Shown in pieces: positions 23,397-37,258 of a stretch of 64,000 nucleotides of DNA (positions are counted from its first letter, which is position 1; each line of letters opens with the position of its first letter). Source of the DNA: Psammoneis japonica (taxonomy: Eukaryota). Where the stretch lies: NCBI GenBank assembly GCA_008632985.1, contig QPGO01000006.1, positions 372,001-436,000 of the forward strand. The letters are read 5' to 3'. The position numbers and the translations under genes were made by a program. A model generated the notes under the pieces. The model worked only from the letters and a program-made list of their open reading frames with translations. It was not told the origin of the DNA and did not search any database.

Positions 23397-24572
23397 ATGT
23401 TTGATGGATCCACTCAAATCATGTCGAGACCTTCCGATGCCGACTCCTCCAGGATGCAAACCATGCTGCATCGTGAAGGAGTAACGACAAGATCATCGTC
23501 TGCCGCTCATTATCAACGTGGCATGACTACAAAGACTCCCGAGCCCGCACCGTCATCCTTTGGCGAGACGAAGCAAAAATTGGTCAAGGAACCACCCAAG
23601 CCACGCCGCAAGTGGAAGAAGGCCAAGGACGCTCCCAAACGCCCATTGTCGGCGTACAACTTATACTTTAGGGAAGAGCGGGATCGCGTCATTAATGAGC
23701 AAGCACCCGATAGTGCGAATGCTATTAGTTTCCGCGACATGGCACAATTGATCGCTTCCAAGTGGAACTCTTTGAATGAAAAAGAGAAATCAAAGTATAT
23801 GGAACAAGCCATGGAAGAAAAGGGCAGGTACTTTGTAGCTCTCTCGCAATGGAAAAAGAAAAAGAAGAATGAAGCAATCAAGGTAGCAGATCAAAAGCAA
23901 GAAATCAAGGAGACGCCAAAGACTTTGCCGAAAAAGAGTGTAGTCAAGACGAAAAAGAGCAAGGCGTCTCTCCCGCCGAAAAAGCGAGCGCCAGAAGTCG
24001 CCGCAAGTAGAAATCAGACACTGGTACATCAAAGCGCTCCACTACCCCACGCCACCAGTTGGCAATTTCCGGCGAGAAAGCCGGCACTGGTATCTCCGAG
24101 TACTCCGTTGCCCCGTGCCACAATGAATGGCCACAGTGTCCATCACGACAATCATGAGCCACTCCCGATTGAGCATCCAATGGATATATCCCATGATCTC
24201 ACCGATGTGTTTTCTTCGTGCGACGATTCCTCCTTTCTTGGAGAAGACGACCCTCATCACAATAGCAAAAAGAGTGGCGCCAACCTTATTGATGCGCTAC
24301 AAAGCTCCTTGGGATGTTATCCTTCCGACGATTCCGTGTCATTGCCGAGTCCAACCTTTGCTCGCGAAACCATCCCCCCGCGTCATCAGCATCATGCTGC
24401 TGCTAGCTTGCCGTTACAACAGCCGGGGTCCCATTTTAATCCACGACATTATCAAGAGAACAAGTACTATCAAGCATGTGATGCCGTCACAAAGCGTGTA
24501 GTGACCTGCTTGGATGCCCTTCGTGCGGATAAAGATTTTGTGGCATTCATGGGTGCTCTAGAGTGGAAATGA
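23397..24572 (+). CDS. HMG-box transcription factor
   Basis: KDAPKRPLSAYNLYFREER..SFRDMAQLIASKWNSL..KSKYMEQAMEEKGRY. Confidence 0.9.
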   Translation: MFDGSTQIMSRPSDADSSRMQTMLHREGVTTRSSSAAHYQRGMTTKTPEPAPSSFGETKQKLVKEPPKPRRKWKKAKDAPKRPLSAYNLYFREERDRVINEQAPDSANAISFRDMAQLIASKWNSLNEKEKSKYMEQAMEEKGRYFVALSQWKKKKKNEAIKVADQKQEIKETPKTLPKKSVVKTKKSKASLPPKKRAPEVAASRNQTLVHQSAPLPHATSWQFPARKPALVSPSTPLPRATMNGHSVHHDNHEPLPIEHPMDISHDLTDVFSSCDDSSFLGEDDPHHNSKKSGANLIDALQSSLGCYPSDDSVSLPSPTFARETIPPRHQHHAAASLPLQQPGSHFNPRHYQENKYYQACDAVTKRVVTCLDALRADKDFVAFMGALEWK

Positions 24573-24894
24573 ACAACATGATTGTATTATTTGTATTGTA
24601 GACTACCGCAACCAAAAGTTCGGCCTAGATTGTAACTCTTTAGCTTTCATAATGTGTACACTATTTTTTGAACAAAACTGAAGCTACAGTTAAGAGCAAA
24701 AAGGTAGGTGAGGAGCGAGGGAGCGGACGGAGGAGGACAGACAGTTTTTGGCTTCCGGAAGGATGCACGAACAGACGTTGACCTCTTGGTCATGCGTTTT
24801 TGACTTCATCTCTGATAATGGCGTCGTCTTCATTCACTGTGAGTCAGTCTTTCGCTGCTTCCTATGGGTGATTTTGGGGGGGTTAGTGACTCCA

Positions 24895-24960
24895 AGAGAG
24901 GGGGAGGGAGAGGAGAAAGAAGGAGGAGGAGGAGAGAAAGGAAGGAGAGAGGAAGGGGTT
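24895..24960 (+). repeat. Polypurine (GA-rich) tract
   Basis: agagagggggagggagaggagaaagaaggaggaggaggagagaaaggaaggagagaggaagggg. Confidence 0.8.
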
Positions 24961-26184
24961 GCGAGGGCAGCGAGCTTGATCTAAAAGGCAGAAGTGGTTT
25001 GAAGAGCCATCGTCAATTCTTTCTCCCGTTTCACCACCCGATGTGTCAGATCTCCGGGTGCTCCCATGTTGAAGTAATTTGGTGTGGTGACACAGATCGA
25101 GACATTGTAGTGTTGAAGTATCTCTAGTATGAATTTTACGTAGAAATCTACGCAATTCAGGAGTTTCCCTCCGACACCACACAAAAAATCGACCATGAGA
25201 CCTGCAAGAGCCGGTAGTCGAAATTGTCGCCGTCACTTGTGATACTGTTGTGACAACAAAGCACGCATTAAAACTCTCTCTGATGAATGAATATACGAAA
25301 AGAGATGTATGAAAAACGTGAAAAATGGATAAGAAATGCTTGGTACTTTTTCCATTTTTTGAACTCGTCTCTCACCGCTCTTGCGTTGCAATTTCTGTTC
25401 GTTCTTGACAGATTGAAGAGCCCTCCTTTAAGCATTGATCATTCATGGCGTCTCTCATGCTGATGCTTTGTATTGTTGCCTTTTTGGCTTCAGCCGAGTG
25501 TTCACCCTTCGTTGACGAGGCTTTAGAAGTTGTTGGAGTGGTGGCTTTTCAGGGTTCATTGGAATTGCTGAGTGCGGCGGTACCACAAGCGCTGTTGACC
25601 GGGATATGATGGAATGGATGTCACATGTTGGTTGTGGGTGTGGTTTGTTTTGGCTGGTAATCTACAATCTACCACTTTTGGAAAAGTCCGTGTATAAGCG
25701 GCAGACGAGGTTGCCCTCGTCTTTAAATAACACGGGCTACTGCCGAGGTTGCTGACTGCAGCAGCGCCTCGGTAATTTTTTTTCTGCAATAATGTTCATG
25801 TGGCCCCACCTCTGAACATTGAGACGGCCAACGAGAGCCAAGGGGTTGCCCCCCGGTGAGGCGTTGACTGGTGCTTCCAAGGACGGGAGTGCCTTCAACC
25901 GCCGCAGACCCGAATCTCCGTTGCGATAGGGTTCACCTGCCCTTGAAAGGTGGCATTTGAGTGTGGTATTGTGATGAAGTATGTGGAGGACACAACAACC
26001 AATAGTTATAGAAGTGTGGTAGATAAGAAATAAAATAGTGAATTCGTAACTCATGGAAACTCAGCTCTGTTTCGAAAACACTACTGTGCGTCTCTAGGCT
26101 AGATCGCTTCTACGAGTAGTAGCTATCTCACGAGAATGTCAACAAAAGTAGTAATACATAAAGTATGCCTAGTAATGATAACAT

Positions 26185-29100
26185 CTACCTCCTTGACTGC
26201 TGTCTCTTTGGGCAATCCTTAGAATGCGCTGGTCGACCTCTTGGTCGGCACCCCGTCACACTGTAGCTTTGCTGCAGCTTGTATTGTAGGAAGACAGGAC
26301 AACAGTATGGATCAATGTCTTGCTTCCTCTGATCCCGTATCAGATCATTAAGATTTGAAAGAGCCGGTTGCACTTGATATGGAACAGATGGGAGGGATGC
26401 GCTCATGCTCGATGCAATGGCAACTTGTTGTGACAGGGCGCTTCTCACGGCTTGCAACATGTTGAACTGCTCCTCGACTCGAACGTGAGCCGCGTTAAGT
26501 AATGGTGTGTCATTCACACACATAGATTCAACCCCCACCTGAGGAGCCGCCACAATTTCCACAAAACCACTAGCCGGTCGAACGCTTGCCACTGCTGTAG
26601 TTTCTCCATCGTTGCCGTTTCCAACAACTGATCTTGTTGTTCGCTTGTATGGATTTGTCACTGGCTTTGTCCCACAGATATTGCACATACATCGATCCGT
26701 CTCCGGGTGTGGAGTAATTGTTTCATTTCTAGCATTCTGCTCCCGCAGGTACTTGGACAGAAAACGCTCGCCGGTGTCCGCCTCGAGTTCCCTTACATCT
26801 GGATAGGGCGCTTTCTTCCCCTTCTTTGTTGCTAGCTTGTTGATTTCGATTAGATTGAGCACGTTCCGATGAGTAACCACACCCCGAAAATCGTATGGAA
26901 TCTTTGCTCGAGTCTCTGGATTCATTCGTTCAACGCGTTCCTTTTCTTCAATTGTAGCGTTGTAGAGAACCAAACCTTCCAGAGTGATCAAATCCATCAA
27001 TGAATCTCGCATCCCACAGTTCCCATAATGAGCCAGCGAATCATGAGCCTTTTCCAACTTTGACTCCGGCCCGAGTAATGTCCGCCACTTCACCAGCTTC
27101 GCTCTTGAACGGAGCGATGGAGCCACTGGCCAGTACTGCTCTGACTTTGGCACTGGAACGTCCAATCCCTTGGATGTTTCTCTTCCATTTGCCACGGCAT
27201 CCTTTGTATCACTTGTAAAGAGTGTCAAACCACTGTTTGGATCAAGACGTCCCCCAGCGGGTCGCGATCCATCAGAAGCCGTACACTTATATCGGGCGTG
27301 CCAATCGTCAAGCAAGCTGATTCTCTTTTCCAGCGGATGCCTCCAAATGCGCATGTATTCTGAGTAGTGCTTCCACCTGGAAGAATGGATGATCTCATCT
27401 ATTTCTGCATCCGTGTGCTTTTTGCCATTGAGAGTTCCATCCTTGAGGGCTTGTATTACTGCTTGGCGGTCCGACCACTCGGTGTATGAAACTGTAGCTC
27501 GAAGGTCCCGAACTGCTTGATGATAGTCGACGTGGTCTTTTCGAAGTGTCTGTACAATACGGTGCATCCAGTGAAAGAGACCCAAACGGCATACTATGTA
27601 ACCTCCAAATAACACCTTCCATAACGATGACTTATTCGGCCAAGTGTCGCTGTAATGGATTTTTGGACGCACGTTCTTTCGCCTCGCGAACTGCTCGGCT
27701 GCGTGAGCAAAATCTTTTGCTTCCAACGTCGGTGTCAGACAAGCAACTCCAACCTGTCCCTTTTCGTTGCACATAGTAAATAGTCCTGCCGCCGCTCCAC
27801 CACCTTCTTTGTATAATTCTTGAGAATTTGAAAAGTGTGGTCAGAAGCCACGCTCATTGATGCTCCCACCATCTGGATCAATCTTGTACATCTGGAGTAT
27901 GATGACGTATCAAGAGCTGTCAATTCTGATGCGCCAGATTCATCATAAAGATCAAGAATCGCAGAACCTGATGGACTGTAGCTGCCAATCCACTCGTAGA
28001 AAGATATCCAGTCACCTGATTCATCGTTGGCTCGTTGATAATACTCTTTCTGGAGATCCTCGAAATAGGCAGCTCGCATCTGGTGTAGCGTGTGAGAAAA
28101 CTTATCGCCGTTTGCGTACGTGACAAGAAAGGATTCAAATAGCCTTGTGGTTTCCCTTGTAAGGTGCCATTTGTTGGTTGCGCTGGCATACTTTGGCTCA
28201 GTTGGATACGATGATTGAAGGCTTTTTGGTAACTTGTGTAGCAGTCGACCGTCGTTGCCCTTGCATCGCGTCTTGCATTTGTTGCACTCATACCACATTG
28301 ACACTGCCACATGAGTCTTACCGCTGATGCAATATATTGGCGTCGCCCCACCGTATCGAGTAAAGTCCATACGGTCATGAATCATCTCCCGTCACACTCT
28401 CCGTCAATACAGGAAATGTAGATGTTAGGACAATTCAGCTCCCAACAAACGATGTATATTATCATACCCTGCAGCTGGTGGTAGTAATAATCAGGCGGTG
28501 AAGTGCAGTCATCCTTGGGAACTTGAAACGATATTGTACCAGGCGGAAAGGTACCATCCTTGACCTCCAGAATCTCTTTGAGCTTAGTGCTTTTTGCTGT
28601 AGCAACAGGATACGTGTTGCTGCCCTGATCAAATCTGGGCTTGACAGAATCCAACAGATAACTGATAAGAGCACTCACTGCAGCCGGGCACTTTGTCTTC
28701 TCCTCCGAGTTCTCATACTTTTTCACTCGTGCTCGAATCTCTTTTTTCAACGTCTCAACCGAGAATTTTGTATTCCTTGCGGCATCAAAAAGATTCGGGT
28801 TGCTTGCGACGGTAGAACTGGACGCTCCCAGATTCACGGGCTTGCAAAAGTTTGAATCACCGGGAGGAGGCAATGGAGCTCGACTGTTTGATTCTTTAAT
28901 TTCAAAATGGTCTTCCATGGTAGAAACTCCTTTCTGTGGGGCGGCTGGGATCGTATTGTTCTTTTCATGGAGCTCTTTTTCCCGTCGCTCTGCATCTTTC
29001 GTAGCCGCGGTGACATTGATTTGCATGTATCGTTTCGAAAACTTGCACGTGGGATCGTGACCATGATGGTATGTAGGCCCATTCTCACACCTCTTGCATT

Positions 29101-29568
29101 TCTTTGTTCCGTCGTCTACTCTTGGCACCTTGCGCCCACTTAAATCGCTCTGTTGCGTGCGCTTCTTACGTGTCTGCGCTTGACTTTTGCTCGTTTTAAT
29201 GGAGCCTTTGCGCTTCTGGGATTGAATGCCCATGTTGATAAAGAAAGGATGCAGCTGCTGCTGTGTAGCCACTTTTAGTGGAGCTGATTCTTCTTCAACG
29301 TCGGTCATCATCGAAGCACCAGTAGAGATTGTACTTTTCTCTCTCGTGGGTTTTTTTTGTGAGAGAATTTTTCTCATCGCGACAGAAGTCTGTGTTGTTG
29401 TGTTTTTCCGTGGCGCGAAAAGAAGATGATTTCGGTCTCCGCATCATTTGATTCTTGTGTCTGATTTTGGAGAGTTGTCTCAGCCTCCTCATCTATAAAT
29501 GATTGCGTCAGATTTTCCGAAAAAATGTTAATTAATTAGTCGGAAAGTCCTCGACTTTCCGAGGGCCC
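26185..29568 (-). mobile_element. Zisupton-like DNA transposon; transposase ~1,060 aa (29377->26185) in three ORFs separated by single-base indels
   Basis: WYECNKC..DGRLLHKLPKSLQSSYP (DUF6729-like), SDHTF, NEKGQV..LT, HYSDTWP, RLGLFHWMHRI..DHVDY. A hairpin plus GGGCCC at 29540-29568 is a candidate end; the other end was not found. Confidence 0.65.
29540..29562. other. Perfect hairpin (10-bp stem, 3-nt loop) upstream of the transposase
   Basis: tcggaaagtc-ctc-gactttccga, followed by gggccc and preceded by ttaattaatta. Confidence 0.8.
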
Positions 29569-29686
29569 CTATAAGTAGAAATCCCAAATGCTGAATTCTG
29601 ATTGGCTCTCGTAGCGCCATTCCTAATCCTCCCTCGATGGCTACTTATCTCTCTGATTGACTTATTGTCATAATAACGCCACCACC

Positions 29687-30598
29687 ATGGCGTCAAAAAC
29701 CTTTCTGACTGTTTCCTTTAGCGGAGCAGGCCACTTACTTCCGTACCACCTCGGAGCGGCTTCGGTACTTTTATCGTCTCATCGAAAGATTCCTCCCATT
29801 CGAGCCGTGTCGGGATCCAGTTCAGGAGCCATTGCCGCCGTCTTGTTGTCTCGATTGCCCCATCGGTTGCATGACTATACCGAAACATTCATCGAAACAA
29901 GAGGCAAGGCGATGGAACTGTTGCAACGGTTCTTGTATCAAGAAGAAGTGGTTGATCCTCGCCAAAAGCCACAAGTCGTAGTGACGCGCAATAACAACAA
30001 CGACGACAAGAGCAGCGGTCCTCCCACGCTGCACATTGCCACTACAAAATGTCAAGACGGATCCTTGCATCTCTTTGACTTTGAACCACCCAAACCGCTG
30101 TTTCATTCGATATCAAATTCCAATCAACACGACCACCTGCTTCGGTGTGTCCGAGCCTCGTGTGCGATTCCATCGAGCTTTCATCCTGTGGATGTGTTGA
30201 AAAAGTCTACAAACGTGTCATATCCAAACGACGATGGATTGGAAATCAACGGTGACTACCATGTAGATGGAGGTATTGCTGGACCGGCGCCACCTACGCG
30301 ACTCGACAACCACAAGGACGCTTGTCGAGTCGTAGTGTCGCCGATATCAGCTGGAAGCATAGCTTCTTCTTTGAACAGCAGCAGTTCCCGTTATTATCGA
30401 ATCAGTCCCGTGGACAAGTCATTCGCCATCTGGAACACCATTTCGTGTAAAGGAGACTTTACGGTGCGACCGTCTATTCAGAACTTGAAAGCTCTCGTGG
30501 CGTCTGCGGGATCCGTCAGCAGTCCATTACTGCGGGAATGGTACGAGCGGGGTGTGGAAGACGCAGAACGGCTTGTGGAGAATTGGGAGCCAAACTAG
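29687..30598 (+). CDS. Patatin-like phospholipase/triacylglycerol lipase
   Basis: SFSGAGHLLPYHLG, GSSSG nucleophile elbow, ASCAIP and DGG. Confidence 0.9.
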   Translation: MASKTFLTVSFSGAGHLLPYHLGAASVLLSSHRKIPPIRAVSGSSSGAIAAVLLSRLPHRLHDYTETFIETRGKAMELLQRFLYQEEVVDPRQKPQVVVTRNNNNDDKSSGPPTLHIATTKCQDGSLHLFDFEPPKPLFHSISNSNQHDHLLRCVRASCAIPSSFHPVDVLKKSTNVSYPNDDGLEINGDYHVDGGIAGPAPPTRLDNHKDACRVVVSPISAGSIASSLNSSSSRYYRISPVDKSFAIWNTISCKGDFTVRPSIQNLKALVASAGSVSSPLLREWYERGVEDAERLVENWEPN

Positions 30599-30796
30599 GT
30601 ACTACGATGCAGTGACAATCACTTCTGTGGGAGTAAAAGCTTGATAGGCTGATCTCTAAGTTATTCTGTTTTGCTGAAAAGAATGTGGATGCGGTCCCTC
30701 CCGATCTCAGAACCTGTCCCTCTGCGTTAACGTGCAGAGATCGACATTCATCATGCGTTTCAGCAATAAAGCTATCAAGACCGCCCAACCCGCGTC

Positions 30797-33700
30797 TTAA
30801 CCTTTTGGCTTGGTCGCCCCTGTAGACTTTTGCCACCGGTTGTTAATCTGTAAAGAAAGAATGCAAGACGTCCGTCGTTAGCGTGGCTCTTTTGCCGAAA
30901 AAGTGGATCAGGATAGGTGTTATGCACTTACTCGGTTGGCGGTAGATCCCTCGGACGAATCTCCAGACATGGAATACATGAGTGAATCGATTGTTAAGGA
31001 CGCGTCGCCACCCGCTGTTCTTGTACCGGCTTCTTCGGTTGACTCGGACAACAGAGAAGGAATGTCGAATCGCCGTTGCCGTCTTGGTGAGTCGAGTCCA
31101 TTCGTGCTTGTCGTCATTGGGTACGTTTTTGTACCGGGTTCTTCGGTTGTCTCTGACAACAGAGGAGGAAGGTCGAATCGTCGTTGCCCCCTTGATGACT
31201 CGAGTTCATTCGTTCTTGTCGTCATGGGGTACGATGTAACCAAATTTGGAACATAGTCTTTTGGAGGAGACGATGAATCCCCTTCCACTTTTTCTTCTTC
31301 GTTACGATTGGTGTCCTCTTTGTCACCTGTCGGAACAAACTTGATACTTGCGCCAGTCTCTGACGATCGACTACTTTTTCCCGAGCTCGCTGGTGACGCA
31401 TAATCTGGCTTGTTTGGTACCAAAATGCTGGTGCCCGGTTTGACACCTGTAGGCACAAACTTGATACTTGACCCTGTGCCTGTCGAGCTTGCCGGTGATG
31501 AGAATTCTGGCTTGTTTGCAGAAAGATACTGCGCAAGTCCTCCTCCGCCCGAAGACTCCCTACCGTGTGCTGCCTCCTCTGTACCTCCCCTACAGAGGTT
31601 AGCGCAACTAAACATCTTATCTTCTGCAATCGTGTGAAGACCTTCGGTTTCCGTCAATAGGCTCTTCGCCGAACTGGCTTGAATATTGGAATATCGTGCC
31701 TGCGCCTCGTCAGCGGAGCCCACAGTCAGACCGTTTGAAAGGTCATAGTCAGCATTGAGATCCGTGTTTCCTTTTTCCATTGAATTTGGACTCATAAAAT
31801 ATGGCACGGCACTGCTGCTTTCTTTATTGGACTTATCGGGTGACGAAACATGGCTTCCTTCATCATACAATGCTTGAAACTTGCTCCCAGTGGAAAGCGA
31901 GTCGATGCTGCCTTTGCTAAAGAGAGAGCTTCCGTTAGAATGTCTCGGATTCGATACCCTTTTCCATATAGCAAAAACTGCCATACCAACTCCAACAGTT
32001 GCAGCGGTGATTGCAACGACAAGTGAAGCACGTTTAACGCCATTTGCATCGCTACCAGACTTGGTTCCTTCCTGCGCACCCTCGACTCCAACTGCAGCGT
32101 TTGGCATTTCAAAGAAACTTGATGACTCTCTTAGTGAATCAACATAGCCGGTGAAATTAGTTTCAAATCCATGACCCACAGCTTCTGCGAATGGAAATGA
32201 ATCGACTCCAGGGAAAACATCACCGATTACATTCATTCCAACTCGGATTTCACCGCTTGCCTGCAATCTCCTTTGAAACGATTCGTATTCTTGACCCAGC
32301 ACGTTAACACTTCTAATATCAACCGAAAACGATTCTACTGGTGGAAGGTTTTCCGTGATAAATCTCCTTGAAATCGCTTCAAACTCCGAGATAGTGTCAA
32401 CATCCATCGTACCTTCCGAGAATGTTTCCACAGATACAATCTGAAGGGTAGAGTATTGTCGTGGTCCAGGACTAGGATGCGACGAAGGCAAAGTTGTCGG
32501 TGCTGGGGACAACACATCAGGATTTGATTCGGGAGTTGAAGGCATCTGAAAAAAGCGTGATGACTCTCTCAGTGAATCAACAAAGCCGGTGAAATTAGTT
32601 TCGAATCCATGACCCACAGCTTCTGCAAACGGAAAAGAATCGGTTCCAGGGGAAACATTACCGATTACGTTCATTCCAACTCGGATTTCACCGCTTGCCT
32701 GCAATCTCCTTTGAAACGATTTGTATTCTTGACCCACCACATTTACACTTGTAATGTCAACCGAAAATGATTCTACTGAAGGGATGTTCTCCATGATAAA
32801 GCTCCTTGAAATCGCTTCAAACTCCGAGATAGTCTCAACATCCATTGTACCTTCCGAGAATGTCTCAACTGATACAATCTGAAGGGTAGAGTACTGTCGT
32901 GGCCCAGAACTAGGACGCGACGAAGGCAAAGTTGTCGGTGTTGGGGACAGCACAACATCAGGGTTTGATTCGGGAGTTGAAGGTGCCGCTGATGATGTTG
33001 AAGACTTAGGTAATGAAGGTCCCCTGGACGGCGCCTTGGAACGCGAACGACTTGAAGAAGGGGAGAATGAAGGTGACGACGTCTGAGAAGGTTGGAGAGA
33101 TTGTAGATCTTCCGAAATGTCTGATGAAGTGGCTGATGGAGTTGGTTCTTCCGTAGAAGTTGGTTCTGAAGGCTGACTCGATGGTATCTTAGAAAACGAC
33201 GGCGTCGTGGAAGGCGATGCTGATGGTTGCTGCGACGGAATTTGACTCGATGCTGCAGATGGTGTCCTTGATGGCGTTGTTGACGGCGTCAAAGATGGCA
33301 CACCGCTCAGTTCATCGGATGGATTGGTTGACGGTTCCGTGCTTGGTGCTGCACTTGGGACTCCCGACGGACTTGATGATGGAGCCAGTGAAGGTTTCGC
33401 GGAAGGCACATCACTCGGTCCAGCTGATGGAGTTGTAGATGGTAAATCACTTGGTTCGGAGCTTGGTTGCGACGACGGCGATGCCGTGGGCACCATTGAA
33501 GGCATCGAAGACGGAGCAGTCGATGTAAAATCACTAGGCGCCGAACTTGGTTTTGACGACGGTGCTGTTGACGGACTTGATGATGGAGCCACTGAAGGTT
33601 TCGCGGAAGGCACATCACTCGGTCCAGCTGATGGAGTTGTAGACTGTAAATCACTAGGTTCGAAGCTTGGTTGCAACGACGGCGATGCCGTGGGCACTAT

Positions 33701-36700
33701 TGAAGGCAACGAAGACGGAGCAGTCGATGGAATATCACTAGGCGCCGAACTTGGTTCTGACGACGGTGCTGTTGACGGCATTGAAGATGGCATGACACTC
33801 GGTTTAGTTGACGGAGTCGTCGATGGTGAAACACTAGGCTCTGAGCTTGGTTGTGACGACGGCGTTGTCGAGGGAACTGTTGAAGGAATTGAAGATGGCA
33901 CATCACTTGGTGCGGCTGATGGGGTAGCGGAAGGAACTATGCTTGGCGCAGTACTTGGTGCCGCGGTGGGTGTGGTTGAGGGAGCAGTAGACGGTGTCAA
34001 TGAAGGCGTATTACTCGGTGGAGAGGATGGACTCGTTGATGGTACACCTCTAGGCTCCACGGAAGGGGTTGTAGATGGTGTCGTTGAAAGTGTCAGCGAT
34101 GGCACGTTACTCGGTTCCGATGATGGAGTCGTCGACGGCACATTGCTTGGTGTAGTGCTTGGTACGGCTGAAGGGAAGGCAGATGGTTCAGTCGAAGGTG
34201 TCAGAGATGGCACATTGCTTGGTTCGCCCGATGGTTTAGCTGATGGTATTTCACTAGGCGACACTGACGGGAAGGAAGTTGGTACGGTCGAGGGTGTCAA
34301 TGTTGGCGCATCACTTGGTTTACTCGATGGAGCTGCTGATGGCACATTGCTGGGTGACTCACTTGGTGCTGATGATGGTGTAGTTGATGGCGTCGCTGAC
34401 GGTACATCACTTGGTCCAGCTGAGGGGCTCCTTGTCGGAAAATCACTTGGAGTGTCAGACGGAATTGTAGATGGAATATTGAAGGTCGTAGGTTCAGACG
34501 ATGTCGTTGGAGCATCGGATCCCAGCCTCGTCGGGCTCTGTGACATCGATGGAGAATCAGATGATGGACTCGGTGCCACAGATGGTGTACTTGATGGCCT
34601 TGTTGAAGGCGTCATAGATGGCGCACCGCTTGGTGCTGTACTTGGGGCAACTGACGGACTTGGCGACGGTGCCAATGAAGGTTTCATGGAAGGCACATCG
34701 CTCGGTTCAGTTGATGGAGTAGTCGACGGAAAATTACTAGGCTCCGAGCTTGGTTGTGACGACGGTGATACCGTGGGAACGGTAGACGGCACTGAAGATG
34801 GCATGACAGTTGGTGTAGTTGACGGAGTAGTCGAGGGGAAAGCACTAGGCTCCGAGCTTGGTTGAGACGACGGTGATACCGTGGGAACGGTTGACGGCAC
34901 TGAAGATGGCATGACAGTTGGTGTAGTTGACGGAGTAGTCGAGGGGAAAGCACTAGGCTCAAAGCTTGGTTTTGACGACGGTGTTGTCGAGGGCACTGTT
35001 GAAGGCCTTGAAGATGGCACCTCGCTTGGTGCAGTAGATGGAGCTTTTGGTGGAACAGCGCTTGGTGCAGTGCTGGGTGCCACAGAAGGTGTGGTCGAGG
35101 GAGCTGCAGATGGTGTCAGGGAAGGCATGTCACTCGGCGCAGAGGATGGACGCATTGATGGTACACCACTAGGCTCCAAGCTTGGTTGAGACGACGGTGA
35201 TGCCGTGGGCACCATTGAGGGTGCGAACGAAGGCCTGTCACTCGGTTTCGAGGATGGATTCACTGACGGCATATGGCTTGGAGTTGAGCTAGGTGATGCT
35301 GTGGGGACGGAAGATGGTACAGTCGAAGGTGTCAGAGATGGCACATCACTTGGCTCGCCCGATGGCTTCGTCGATGGTGCGTCACTTGGTGTTGAGCTTG
35401 GCGATGCTGAAGGGAAGGAAGATGGTAACGTCGTGGGTGTCAGGGTTGGCACATCACTTGGTTTACTCGATGGAGCTGCTGATGGTACATCGCTTGGGGT
35501 CGAGCTAGGCGATGCTGACGGGGTGGTAGACGGCGATAGCGATGGCATAAAACTTGGTCGAGACGATGGAGCCATTGATGGAAGATGGCTAGGAGTCTCG
35601 CTTGGTACAATGGATGGTTCAGTTGATGGCGCCGATGAAGGCGTCAGTGACGGTACATTACTTGGTTCAGATGATGGATTAGTAGAGGGAAAAGCGCTTG
35701 GAGTGCCAGATGGAAATGTGGATGGAGTGTGGGAAGTCATCAGTTCGTCGGCTGGCTCACCAGATATCGACGGCGACTCGGATGCAACGTTTGTAACAGG
35801 TGGCACCGGTGGTAGCTGTGACGGGGTTGCTGTAGGGGTTTCCGACAACACCGGTTCACCTGCTGGTCTGTTCGAAGGTAAGGGCAACAATGACGGTGGT
35901 AGAGATGATTGTGATGACCCTGAAAAGGAATCAGTAGGTGGGCTGGACGGCGCCGGTGACGGTGAAGTTGGTTCCAATGTAGTATCGGACAGGCTCGAAG
36001 ATGGAACTGGTGTGACCGACGGCGACGAAGCAGGTGTTTCCGATGGAGGATCTGTCTGTGGTCTTGAATGAAGGGATGATGGGACCAGAGACGGCGACAT
36101 TGAGGGTGAAGTTGGTGCCACTGTCGTATCTGATACTGGTAATTTCGAAGACGGGGCCGAAGGGGCTGGAGAGGATGTAAAGTCCGGGAAACTGGATTGT
36201 AGAACCTGAGCAAACATGACGTTTTCAAGCCCTTGATCCTTGAATTCAACCAAGCTGTTTACAAAAGGTTCGAGATCTTGTAGCATACTCCATACTTTCT
36301 CTCTCAGATCATCTGGCGGGGCATAGTCGCACTTTACCGTGATTTCCATAACCATCACTAACTCGACTCCAATGATTTCTCGATGTAGATCACGGGGTCC
36401 AGTCTCATCTATAGTCACCTCTGCCTGTCCCAAGAATAGTTTCCTCTTTGATTCCGGAGCTTCGAATTCCTCCAAAACGTCTGATGTCACGGAATCAAAC
36501 TCCACAGACTTCTCATAATAGTCAACCAATTTTGAAAGGACAAAGACGTTCATAGCTTGTTCAACGTTTCTTAGGCTTTCCTCTTGAAGTATCCCTCCCG
36601 TCTCGAATAGAAACATTTTGAATGCCGGGAAAAAAATGGGACCACCCTTGCAATGCGTCGGATTCAATGTTGGAGAGGTTGTGAAATCAGGTAAACCTGC

Positions 36701-37258
36701 TTTAAGGACCTGGGCATACATGACGTTGTCAAGCCCTTCATCCATAAATGCGCCCAAGCTGTTTACAAAGGGATCGAGATCTTGTAGCATGGCCCACACG
36801 TTTTCTCGCAGATTATCAGGCGACGTAGAGTCACAGTTTACCATGATAGCGATGATCATGTTTAACTCCACTCCTATGACTTCTCGGTGGAGATCTCGGG
36901 GTCCATTCTCGTCTATGGTCACCTCTGCGTGTGCCAAGAATCTTTGCCTGCTTAATCCTGGAGTGAATTCCTTTTCCTCTAAAACGTCTGATGAGACTGA
37001 ATCAAACACCACAGATTTCCCGTAGTAATCAACCAGCTTTGAGAGGAGAAATAAGTCCATAGCCTGTTCAATGTTGTTCAAGCTCTCCTCTTGAAGTAAC
37101 CCTTCCGTCTCGAAAAGAAACATTTTGAATGCCGGAAAAATGACTGGGTCGCCCCTGCAATGCTTCTCAACTTGGGCGTTGGCCTTCCTTGCAAAGAGGG
37201 CAAACACTAATCCCATGACGCAAAGGATCATCTTTGTCCATGACCTTTTTCTTGTCAT
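30797..37258 (-). CDS. Large type I membrane mucin-like (PS/PT-rich) surface protein
   Basis: Signal peptide, duplicated N-terminal domain, long PSxxPS repeat, duplicated juxtamembrane domain, TM (LVVAITAATVGVGMAVFAIW). Predicted 84-nt intron 30848-30931 (CGA|GTAAGT..TTTACAG|ATT) and last exon INNRWQKSTGATKPKG*. Confidence 0.85.

Noticed and set aside
24690..26060. Possible 5' end of a retroelement or ribozyme (gggg-gcaa-cccc hairpin on the minus strand near 25845)
   Set aside because: No recognisable ORF, and no complete ribozyme fold could be built by eye.
33324..36071. Long plus-strand G/D/V-rich ORFs (also 39898-40647, 59234-61333 and 61863-63230)
   Set aside because: Antisense shadows of PS/PT repeat coding on the minus strand; no independent domain signal.
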